In this document: positions 29,551 to 41,400 of the stretch, piece by piece
Numbering within the stretch: the first letter of the stretch is position 1
Layout of the letters: every line of letters begins with the position of its first letter
Assembly (NCBI GenBank): GCA_964016885.1
Contig: CAXHJY010001495.1
Location: forward strand, 25,970-89,969
Direction of reading: 5' to 3'
Source of the DNA: Eledone cirrhosa
Taxonomy: Eukaryota
DNA length: 64,000 nt
Notes under the pieces: generated by a model
The model's input: only the letters and a program-made list of their open reading frames with translations
Told to the model about the DNA's origin: nothing
Database searches by the model: none
Position numbers and translations under genes: made by a program

Positions 29551-30062
29551 CACCTTACTGATGTGTCAGGTGATATCCGTAGGGTTCCACCTCTGTTTCA
29601 GCGCCTTAGCCTCGCCATCACCTCACCTCACCTTACTGATGTGTCAGGTGATATCCGTAGGGTTCCACCTCTGTTTCAGCGCCTTAGCCTCGCCATCACC
29701 TCACTTTACTGAGGTCTCGAGTGATACCCGTGGAGGTGCCTGGCTGTTTCAGCGCCTTAGCCTCGCCCTCGCCTCACCTTACTGATGTGTCAGGTGATAC
29801 CCGTGGGAGTTCCCCCTCTGTTTCAGCGCCTTAGCCTCGCCATCACCTCACCTCACCTCACCTTACTGATGTGTCAGGTGACAGCCGTGGGGGTTCCCCC
29901 TCTGTTTCGGCGCCTTAGCTTCGCCATCACCTCACCTTACTGAGGTCTCGAGTGATACACGTGGAGGTGCCTGGCTGTTTCAGCGCCTTAGCCTCGCCAT
30001 CACCCAGCCTTACTGAGGTCTCAGGTGATGCTCGTGAGGGTGCCTTAGCTTCACCATCACCC
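29551..30062. repeat. About 75-bp minisatellite, about 7 units of two variants
   Basis: CTGTTTCAGCGCCTTAGCCTCGCCATCACCTCAC recurs; unit order A-A-B-A-A-B-C. Confidence 0.88.
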
Positions 30063-31774
30063 GTGGTAATGCTGCGAGCGTGTTGACTTGCCTCAAAGTA
30101 ATTAACCCCCAAGGTGTGAGGTGCGGCCGATTGCCGCACTTGGTGATGAATTACCCCCCACCCTCTCTTTTTTTTCTTTCCTTTATCCTTTTTGTTCAAT
30201 GAATTATATTATATTTTCTCCACATTGTTTACAACCATACAGGTATATATTTGAGGAAAACAACAAAGCGTCAATAAGGTGATTAACTGCAGGTGTCAGG
30301 TTGACCGACAAGACAATATCGCTTTGGTCGGTTATAAATCTAACAATAAATGGAATGCCGAATCCTTTAGATTTTTTTTTTTTTTTTTTTTTTATAGAAA
30401 GAATTCTGGCGTTTAAATTTCTTATTGTTATTTATAATAAACACCATGACGCACCAACAACACCTGGACAATTAAGGTTTTATTCTTTTAAACCTTTTTT
30501 TTTTTTTTACTGGTTTCAGTCATTCAAGGTTTTAATCGATCATATCAACCCCAATACTTATTCCAGTCATGTTATCAAATATTTCTATCTGTCGAACAGC
30601 TAAACCACAGGATCATATTGAACTGGGTTGTGTCTTGTGTTCTTGAGCAAAACACATCATTTCACGTTGCTCGAGCATACTCAGCTGAAGTACCAGCAGT
30701 ATCTAGAGGTTTAGGCTTGCCATGAAGTGGTGTCTTGTCCAGAGGAGGAGGGGGGGGGGTATGTCTTTTAGTCTCAGTCGCTTAACACCAGGAAAACTAG
30801 AATAAGTACTGGCCTTATGAGCCCCTGGGCTTGAGACAGTTACAAGTAACATATAATAAATATTCCCCAATACTACAATTACCACATTTATTAGTTTGGA
30901 TGGTAACTAGTAAGCGATTTCCAAAGGTTTACCGGCATCGGTAACAGAACGCCATATGTTTGGTTTCAGTCCGTGGGGAATTGGCAATGATGAGATCCTA
31001 TAAGTCATTTCCAGGCAGCAGAAGTGTCACCGAAGTAGACACCATCTGTTGCCCATTGGTTTAGTTATTCAGCTGTCAATACTCCTCTCCAATAATCAAC
31101 AATAACAATTAAGCAGAGGAAACAGATATAACTAATTAGTTACAAGTTGTTGAGTATGTCAAACACAGCAATCGTGACAATATGGACCATCACGTGTGGG
31201 GAAAAAAAATTTCGTGACGGGAGATAACATGGGGAAGTATTGAAGAAAATGGAAAAAAAAAATGTCGAAAAAAACATCACCGTAAAGAATCCCAAGTCCG
31301 ACAACTGAAAAAAGTACAACATTGAAATATTGTGTATCCGGCAGCGATTCCCCATGTAGGGCGCATGCGTCACGGGAGTTGGGATTTGAATATTTAAATG
31401 AACAATTTGAATAGATTAATGAGAACAAATTTCAGATTTTTACCTTAACTTTGCTACACGTTACTGTCGGTAACTCCTGTCTCACCTCCTCCACATGTTA
31501 TTGTGCATCTGGCACCACCTATACACTAATTTGTTTAAGCTTTGCAGTTGATCATCGCTGTTTTCGTATCAAATGGGGGCATTTTCATATCTAAGGGGCG
31601 CATAACATTTTTGAGACGTTGATGAGGGTCATAATGCACAAAAGATTGGGAAATATTGGGTATACAGTCTCAACAAATATGACAATGTGTGAAGCAAGGA
31701 AATTGGTATAAAGGGAAAATATACCAGCAGATGAGTCGATTGTATCTTGATAGGTGCTACTGTTTCATGATAGG

Positions 31775-32106
31775 GGACGGCATAAAGGCACCTCGTCGGT
31801 TATAACGACGAATGTTCCAGTTGATACGATTAGTGGAACAGCCTGCTCATGAAATATCGTGCACGTGGCTGAGCATTCCACAGACATGCGTACCCGTAAC
31901 GTAGTTCTCGGAGAGATTCAGCGTGACACACAATATAAGGCTGACCCTTCAAATTACAAGTACGACTCGTTTTTGTCAGCTGAGTGGACTGGAATAACAT
32001 GAAATAAAGTGTCTTGCTCAAGGACACAACGGGCCACTGGGAAGCGAATTTACGATCTTACGATTGTAAACCGAATACACTAACCACAAAACCAAGCATC
32101 TCCTTC
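31775..32106 (-). mobile_element. SINE family B, near full length
   Basis: Plus strand CAGCTGAGTGGACTGGAATAACATGAAATAAAGTGTCTTGCTCAAGGACACAAC; tRNA-like head near 32040-32100. Confidence 0.75.
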
Positions 32107-32219
32107 ACGACATAAGTATGTGTGAAGATCATGATTGACCAGAAGGTACCAGAAGAGTTCGAAGACAACGTTAGAAAGGAAATAAATTATGAACAGGGTT
32201 AAATAGGCAATCTGAACAA

Positions 32220-32400
32220 ATGTTTCTACTTTTGGCACAAGGCCAGCAATTACGCCAGTTTATTACTGGTACTTTATTTTATCGATCCCGTAAGGATGAA
32301 GGAAAAAGTTAACCTCGGCGGGTTTTGAAATCAGACCGTAAAGGACCGAAACTCTATGCTGCAAAGCATGGCGTCCGAGACTACTTCCAATCCATCGCCC
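32220..32400 (-). mobile_element. SINE family A
   Basis: Same core and tail motifs. Confidence 0.8.
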
Positions 32401-32851
32401 TTATCTGCCAATCCATCGTGGTGGTAACATTCCATGTATCACCAAACAAGCTTGTCAAAATTATAGGTAAATTCGGAGTGACAGCAGTCCCGTCTGAGGA
32501 AGGAACCCCACGAGGTGGGCTGGCTGTTGCAGTGGGTGTCGCTGTCCATTACCCGAGGAAATGCTTTTGCCATTTTGTCTGTGGAGTGCAGCCGAAACAC
32601 CACTCTGACTTGGGTGTAGAGTCTATCACCTTCTCCCCTTCCTCTTTTCTTTCGTTGTTTAATGATCCTTGCACTTTCCCTCATTTTCTTCTCATTCATA
32701 GTTTTTTGTAATACTAAATATCACTAGACCACCCATGTTCACTTAAAAATAATTTTTAAATAATTAAATTATACACAGATATGTATATAATGTGAAATGA
32801 AGCTGGAAGACCCATATATATACGTGTGTATGTATACATATAAATGTGTGT

Positions 32852-34465
32852 ATCATCATCATCATCATCATCATCACCGTTTTACGTCCGTTCTTCCACG
32901 CTAGCATGGGTTAGACGGGTTGTCCTGTTGTGTGCAGTGTCTGGTCGGCTGACCATGCCTTGCTCATACAGGAACTGATCTGGCTTGGTTTCTACAGCTG
33001 GATGCCCTTCCTAACACCAACCTCATTTACAGTGAGTGCTGGGTGCTTTTTCGTGGCGCCTACACGTCCACTTTACAGTGTGGGCTGGGTGATTTTTTGC
33101 CGTGGCACCTCCACGACCACCTTGCGGGGGGGGGGGGGGCATATTGTTTATATGCTTCAGCATGTACCCATGGGAGGTCGGGTACTCTGTATTACTGCGT
33201 GACGCCAGAAGTCACGGTCGTGGGTCATTGTCTTTGAGAGGTGTAATTGGGTAAGGTCGGCTTTTATCACCTCATCCCAGGTCATCTTGGGTCTCCCCAC
33301 TCCGCGGTTTCCATCAACTTCTAGTGCTCTGCACCTTTTTATGCAGCTGTCATCCTTCATACGCCTCACATGTCCATACCAGCGCAACCGCCTCTCCTGC
33401 ACACAGCATTTGATTCCTCTTATGCTCAGTCTCTCTCTCAATTCATTTATGCTTTGTCGTTCACGTATATTACTGTTACACATCCATCGGAGCATGCCGG
33501 CTTCGTTTCTCTTTAATCTACGTAAGTCTTCCACCTTCAGCGCCCAGGTCTCACTACCATGCAACATCGCTGTTCGGATACACGCATCATACAGTCTGCC
33601 TTTCATTCTGAGGGAGAAGCCTTTTGCAGCTAGCAGTGGTAGTAGTTCCCTAAACTTCTTCCATCCCGTTCTTACCCTAGTTATTGTACTTTCTGAACAC
33701 CCACCTCCGTTGCTAATTCGGTCACCTAGGTAGCAGAAGCTGTCTACTGTTTCTACAGGGCCCTCCCAGAGATTGGTGGTACTTGTTTCCTGTGGCTGTT
33801 TGCTGCTTGCTGTTTCAGCACAGCTGCTGCATGTGAATCCTACATTCTTAATTAAGCTTCCTGAGATCCCGCTACATCTCTTGTGTACCCATTGTTTGCA
33901 TTTGGGGCAGAGAATGGAGTTCCTACCTACACCTTTCCTACATACTGAGCAAGGCCATTTCCCTGAGGGGATCTGGGTTCTGTTTTCTCGTCTACTTACA
34001 AGGACCTTAGTCTTTGTCATGTTGACTTTGAGACCCTTTCTCTCTAGTCCCTGCTTCCAGGTTTGGAATTTATTCTCTAGTTCTATCATAGATTCAGCTA
34101 TGAGTGCGAGGTCATCAGCATACAGGAGTTCCCATGGGCATCCGGTCTTAAATTCCTCCGTTATTACCTGCAGGACTATGATGAACAGGAGAGGGCTAAG
34201 AACAGAGCCCTGGTGGACCCCAACCTGTACGCTAAATTCCTCGCTATACTCATTGCTAATCCTAACTTTGCTGACTGCTCCCCTATACATGGCTTGTACA
34301 GCTTTCACAAGCCATTCATCTACTCCTAGTTTTCTAAGAGCCCACCAGATTACAGCACGTGGAACTCTGTCAAAGGCTTTCTCAAGGTCGACAAATGCCA
34401 AGTAGAGTGGCTTACTTTTAGCTAGGTACTTTTCCTGTAATTGCCTCACAAGGAAGAGGGCATTT
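32852..34465 (-). mobile_element. 5'-truncated RTE-clade LINE with an intact RT C-half, a Cys/His finger and a (GAT)n tail
   Basis: FVDLEKAFDRVPR, GVHQGSVLSPLLF, LLYADDL, WPCSVC..CPKCKQWVHKRC, FCYLG, RLRWYGHV. (CAT)n at 32852-32876; the 5' end abuts (TA)n. Confidence 0.92.
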
Positions 34466-34494
34466 ATATATATATAAATGTGAGTGTATACATA

Positions 34495-34539
<45 letters not shown>

Positions 34540-34961
34540 GTGCCTGTTATCTATATACACTGGTCATAGACACACACTCACATATATATATATATATATA
34601 TATACATACACACACATCACCAGCTCCCACTCTCTCACTCTCTCTCTTCCATTCTCCTTCTCTGCCTCCTCCTCTCTCTGTCTCTCTTTCAATCTAATTT
34701 CTTTCTATCTTTCTCTCTCTATTTCTGTTTATGAAGGTACCCGGAAAAAAACCCTATCTCGGGAGCCCGTGATCCGATTTACGCGAAACTTGTTTTATTC
34801 TATTTGTACTCCCATTTCAGGGTCAACTTCCTTTCAAAGAATTTTCCCATTTTGCGCCCTTTTGGCTGTAATACATTACAGACAGGCAAGCAAGCACAGA
34901 GTTTTAGTAGTATATAGATATTCTGAGTCTCTTGCCGGTTGGTTTTGCCCGTAAAATCTGT

Positions 34962-35793
34962 CCAGTGATTCTCTCCTGAGACATTCTAACCACATGTCCA
35001 TAGTATCTGAGCTGTGATCTCTCAATTCAGAGAAGTAGCAGCTCTACCTGGAATGACTCTCCAGTGATTCTTTCCTGAGATATTCTAACCACATGTCCAT
35101 AGTATCTGAGCTGTGATCTCTAAATTTGGACAAGTAGCAGCTCTACCTGGAGTGACTCTCCAGTGATTCTTTCCTGAGACATTCTAACCACATATCCATA
35201 GTATCTGAGCTGTGATCTCTCAATTCAGAGAAGTAGCAGCTCTACCTGGAGTGACTCTCCAGTGATTCTTTCCTGAGACATTCTAACCACATATCCATAG
35301 TATCTGAGCTGTGATCTCTCAATTCAGAGAAGTAGCAGCTCTACCTGGAGTGACTGTCCAGTGATTCTTTCCTGAGACATTCTAACCACATGTCCATAGT
35401 ATCTGAGTTGTGACCTCTAAATTTGGAGAAGTAGCGGCTCTACCTGGAGTGACTCTCCAGTGATTCTTTCCTGAGACATTCTAACCACATGTCCATAGTA
35501 TCTGAGCTGTGATCTCTAAATTTGGACAAGTAGCAGCTCTACCTGGAGTGACTGTCCAGTGATTCTTTCCTGAGACATTCTAACCACATGTCCATAGTAT
35601 CTGAGCTGTGATCTCTCAATTCAGAGAAGTAGCAGCTCTACCTGGAGTGACTCTCCAGTGATTCTTTCCTGAGATATTCTAACCACATATCCATAGTATC
35701 TGAGCTGTGACCTCTAAATTTGGAGAAGTAGCGGCTCTACCTGGAGTGACTCCAGCGGTTCTTTCCTGAGACATTCTAACCACATATCCATAG
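34962..35793. repeat. 99-bp minisatellite (about 8.4 copies) derived from the same RTE segment as the 123-mer
   Basis: CCAGTGATTC recurs at 34962, 35061, 35160 ... 35655. Confidence 0.92.
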
Positions 35794-35997
35794 AAATGAT
35801 AGCTAAGGTATTAAAAAAAGGGGTCTAATTAGTAATACGATAAATGGCAGCAAAGATAACCTTCTCTGAAGCAATGTCGACCTAAATAAAACAGTGAATT
35901 ATCTGTCGTGAATTATCAGTGACTCACTCTCCAGAAATATATTTCACATTGAAGTCTAATAAAGGAGAGAAGTGAGGAACATTTCTTTTTATATTTA

Positions 35998-36584
35998 CTC
36001 TCGTTCTCTCTCGTTCTCTCTCTCTCTTTCTCTGTCGTTCTCTCCCTCTCTTTCTCTCTCGTTCTCTCCCTCTCTCGTTCTCTCCCTCTCTCGTTCTCTC
36101 CCTCTTTTTCTCTCTCGTTCTCTCTCTCTTTCTCTCTCGTTCTCTCTCTCTTTCTCTCTCGTTCTCTCTCTCTTTCTCTCTCGTTCTCTCTGTTTCTCTC
36201 TCGTTCTCTCTGTTTCTCTCTCGTTCTCTCTCTCTCTCTCGTTCTCTTTCTATCTCGTTCTCTCTTTCTCTCTCGTTCTCTCTCTCTCTCTCTCGTTCTC
36301 TCTCTCTCTTTCTCTCTCGTTCTCTCTCGTTCTCTCTCGTCCCCTCTCTATCGTTCTCTTTTTCTCTCGTCCCCTCTCTATCGTTCTCTCTCTCTCTATC
36401 ATTTTCTCTCTATCATTTTCTCTCTATCATTCTCTCTCTATCTCTATCATTCTATCATTCTCTCTCTATCTCTATCATTCTATCATTCTCTCTCTATCTC
36501 TATCATTCTATCATTCTCTCTCTATCTCTATCATTCTATCATTCTCTCTCTATCTCTATCATTCTATCATTCTCTCTCTATCAT

Positions 36585-36625
<41 letters not shown>

Positions 36626-37250
36626 CTCTTTCTCTCTCTCTCATTCTCTCTCTATCGTTCTCTCATTCTCTCTCTATCGTTCTCTCTCTCTCTCTATCAT
36701 TCTCTCTCTCTCTCTCTATCATTCTCTCTCTCTCTCTCTATCATTCTCTCTCTCTCTCTCTATCATTCTCTCTCTCTCATTCTCTCTCTCTCTCTCTATC
36801 ATTCTCTCTATCTCTATCATTCTCTCTATCTCTATCATTCTCTCTCTATCATTTTCTCTCTCTCTCTCTCTCTATCATTCTCTCTCTCTCTCTCTATCAT
36901 TCTCTCTCTCTCTCTCTATCATTCTCTCTCTCTCTCTCTATCATTCTCTCTCTCTATCATTCTCTCTCTCTCTCTCTCTCTATCATTCTCTCTCTCTCTA
37001 TCATTCTCTCTCTATCATTCTCTCTCTCTCTTATCATTCTCTCTCTATCTCTATCATTCTCTCTCTATCTCTATCATTCTCTCTCTATCGTTCTCTCTCT
37101 CTCTCATTCTCTCTCTCTCTCTCTCATTCTCTCTCTCTCTCATTCTCTCATTCTCTCTCTCTCTCGTCGTTCACTTTTTCTCTCTCACCCTCTCTTTCTT
37201 TCTCGCTCATCATCTCTCCTCTGCTTGTCTCTCTCTTTCTCTCTCTCATC
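35998..37250. repeat. (TC)n-rich polypyrimidine microsatellite
   Basis: Direct inspection. Confidence 0.96.
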
Positions 37251-37512
37251 ACACTGCCATACAACTTGACATTACATCTGAAATATCTACACCAGAGGGC
37301 GGTACAATTTTTTTAATTTTTTTTTGTCAGAGTATTTCTTATTAAGATCTTATCCACATTGCCTGCCTTTTTCAATTGATTTATTATCTATACTAGCAGA
37401 AAAACCACCTTTCGGGTGGTTTTCTTCTAGCATGTGTAGTGTGTATATTGATATTATACACAAATATATATACAGGTAGATATGATACATCAAATAAAAT
37501 CGTAATTGACAA

Positions 37513-38050
37513 TGCTGGGAACTCATTCGTGCTTCTAGCTGTGCTGGGAGCTCTTTTGTGCTTCCAGGCGTGCTGGGAGCTCATTCGTGCTTCCAGGCGT
37601 GCTGGGAGCTCATTCGTGCTTCCAGGCGTGCCGGGAGCTCATTCGTGCTTCTAGCCGTGCTGGGAGCTCTTTTGTGCTTCCAGGCGTGCTGGGAGCTCAT
37701 TCGTGCTTCCAGGCGTGCCGGCAGCTCATTCGTGCTTCCAGGCGTGCCGGGAGCTCATTCGTGCTTCTAGCCGTGCTGGGAGCTCTTTTGTGCTTCCAGG
37801 CGTGCTGGAAGCTCATTCGTGCTTCCAGGCGTGCCGGGAGCTCATTCGTGCTTCCAGGCGTGCTGGGAGCTGTTTTGTGCTTCCAGGCGTGCTGGGAGCT
37901 CATTCGTGCTTCCAGGCGTGCCGGGAGCTCATTCGTGCTTCCAGGCGTGCTGGGAGCTCTTTTGTGCTTCCAGGCGAGCTGGGAGCTCATTCGCGTTTTT
38001 CCAGGCGTGCTGGGAGCTCCTTCGTGTTTCCAGGCATGCTGGGAGCTCAT
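37513..38050. repeat. 29-bp GC-rich minisatellite (about 18 copies)
   Basis: Unit GTGCTGGGAGCTCATTCGTGCTTCCAGGC, head-to-tail with no spacers. Confidence 0.93.
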
Positions 38051-38079
38051 CTGAGATATTACTTAGTAGAATATCGAGA

Positions 38080-38290
38080 TGGATATAGTTTAGAAATTAT
38101 TAACAACATACTTCGCTGCAAAGAGTGACGGCCCTTTACGTTCTGAGATAAAATCCCGCCGAGGTTAGCTTTGCCTTTCATTGGCTTGATAAAATAAAGT
38201 ACCAGTAATGCACTGGTATTGATTTATTCGACTTTCTCCTACGCCAAAATTGCTGACCTTGGGCCTAAATTAGGAATCATTATTATTATT
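38080..38290 (+). mobile_element. SINE family A
   Basis: GGCCCTTTACGTTCTGAG..GATAAAATAAAGTACCAG..(ATT)n tail. Confidence 0.75.
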
Positions 38291-38497
38291 TTATTTCTAT
38301 TTTTTGTACTGCACATTTAATGAAGTTTCGGCCTACCAAAAGACCAGTCACGGAGGCCATGTGAAGGTCATGCACACTGCCCTTCTTCAGATTAAACTCT
38401 AAAAATGAAACAAAGATCAACGGGTAAAAATATATTCTGTGCTGACATTTAATAAGAAAATAGCATCAATATTAGCGCCGTCCCACTCTTCAGTCGC

Positions 38498-41400
38498 AAT
38501 AGCAGCATTCTACTCTCCAGTACCTATACCACCAGTAATAGCACCATTCTACTCTCCAGTACCTATACCACCAGTAATAGCACCATTCTACTCTCCAGTA
38601 CCTATACCATCAGTAATAGCACCATTCTACTCTCCAGTACCTATACCACCAGTAATAGCACCATTCTACTCTCCAGTACCTATACCATCAGTAATAGCAC
38701 CATTCTACTCTCCAGTACCTATACCACCAGTAATAGCACCATTCTACTCTCCAGTACCTATACCATCAGTAATAGCACCATTCTACTCTCCAGTACCTAT
38801 ACCACCAGTAATAGCACCATTCTACTCTCCAGTACCTATACCATCAGTAATAGCACCATTCTACTCTCCAGTACCTATACCACCAGTAATAGCACCATTC
38901 TACTCTCCAGTACCTATACCATCAGTAATAGCACCATTCTACTCTCCAGTACCTATACCACCAGTAATAGCACCATTCTACTCTCCAGTACCTATACCAC
39001 CAGTAATAGCACCATTCTACTCTCCAGTACCTATACCATCAGTAATAGCACCATTCTACTCTCCAGTACCTATACCACCAGTAATAGCACCATTCTACTC
39101 TCCAGTACCTATACCACCAGTAATAGCACCATTCTACTCCCCAGTACCAATACCATCAGTAATAGCACCATTCTACTCTCCAGTACCTATACCACCAGTA
39201 ATAGCACCATTCTACTCCCCAGTACCTATACCACCAGTAATAGCACCATTCTACTCTCCAGTACCAATACCACCAGTAATAGCACCATTCTACTCTCCAG
39301 TACCAATACCACCAGTAATAGCACCATTCTACTCTCCACTACCAATACCACCAGTAATAGCACCATTCTACTCTCCAGTACCTATACCACCAGTAATAGC
39401 ACCATTCTACTCTCCACTACCAATACCACCAGTAATAGCACCATTCTACTCTCCAGTACCTATACCACCAGTAATAGCACCATTCTACTCTCCAGTACCT
39501 ATACCACCAGTAATAGCACCATTCTACTCTCCAGTACCTATACCACCAGTAATAGCACCATTCTACTCTCCAGTACCAATACCATCAGTAATAGCACCAT
39601 TCTACTCTCCAGTACCAATACCACCAGTAATAGCACCATTCTACTCTCCAGTACCAATACCATCAGTAATAGCACCATTCTACTCTCCAGTACCAATACC
39701 ACCAGTAATAGCACCATTCTACTCTCCAGTACCTATACCACCAGTAATAGCACCATTCTACTCTCCAGTACCTATACCACCAGTAATAGCACCATTCTAC
39801 TCCCCAGTACCAATACCACCAGTAATAGCACCATTCTACTCTCCAGTAGCAATACCACCAGTAATAGCACCATTCTACTCTCCAGTACCTATACCATCAG
39901 TAATAGCACCATTCTACTCTCCAGTACCTATACCACCAGTAATAGCACCATTCTACTCCCCAGTAGCAATACCACCAGTAATAGCACCATTCTACTCTCC
40001 AGTACCTATACCACCAGTAATAGCACCATTCTACTCTCCAGTACCAATACCACCAGTAATAGCACCATTCTACTCTCCAGTACCAATACCACCAGTAATA
40101 GCACCATTCTACTCTCCACTACCAATACCATCAGTAATAGCACCATTCTACTCTCCAGTACCAATACCATCAGTAATAGCACCATTCTACTCTCCAGTAC
40201 CAATACCATCAGTAATAGCACCATTCTACTCTCCACTACCAATACCACCAGTAATAGCACCATTCTACTCTCCAGTACCAATACCATCAGTAATAGCACC
40301 ATTCTACTCTCCAGTACCAATACCATCAGTAATAGCACCATTCTACTCTCCAGTACCAATACCATCAGTAATAGCACCATTCTACTCTCCAGTACCAATA
40401 CCACCAGTAATTGCACCATTCTACTCTCCAGTACCTATACCACCAGTAATTGCACCATTCTACTCTCCAGTACCAATACCACCAGTATTAGCACCATTCT
40501 ACTCTCCAGTACCTATACCACCAGTAATAGCACCATTCTACTCTCCAGTACCAATACCACCAGTATTAGCACCATTCTACTCTCCAGTACCTATACCACC
40601 AGTAATAGCACCATTCTACTCTCCAGTAGTAATACCACCAGTAATAGCACCATTCTACTCTCCAGTACCAATACCACCAGTAATAGCACCATTCTACTCT
40701 CCAGTACCAATACCACCAGTAATAGCACCATTCTACTCTCCAGTACCTATACCACCAGTAATAGCACTATTCTACTCTCCAGTACCAATACCACCAGTAA
40801 TAGCACCATTCTACTCTCCAGTACCAATACCACCAGTAATAGCACCATTCTACTCTCCAGTACCAATACCATCAGTAATAGCACCATTCTACTCTCCAGT
40901 ACCTATACCACCAGTAATAGCACCATTCTACTCTCCAGTACCAATACCACCAGTAATAGCACCATTCTACTCTCCAGTACCAATACCACCAGTAATAGCA
41001 CCATTCTACTCTCCAGTACCAATACCACCAGTAATAGCACCATTCTACTCTCCAGTACCAATACCACCAGTAATAGCACCATTCTACTCTCCAGTACCAA
41101 TACCACCAGTAATAGCACCATTCTACTCTCCAGTACCAATACCACCAGTAATAGCACCATTCTACTCTCCAGTACCAATACCACCAGTAATAGCACCATT
41201 CTACTCTCCAGTACCAATACCACCAGTAATAGCACCATTCTACTCTCCAGTACCTATACCACCAGTAATAGCACCATTCTACTCTCCAGTACCAATACCA
41301 CCAGTAATTGCACCATTCTACTCTCCAGTACCAATACCACCAGTAATTGCACCATTCTACTCTCCAGTACCAATACCACCAGTAATAGCACCATTCTACT

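Noticed and set aside
37513-38050. CRISPR-like 29-bp repeat
   Set aside because: Units are head-to-tail with no unique spacers, there are no cas genes, and the context is eukaryotic.
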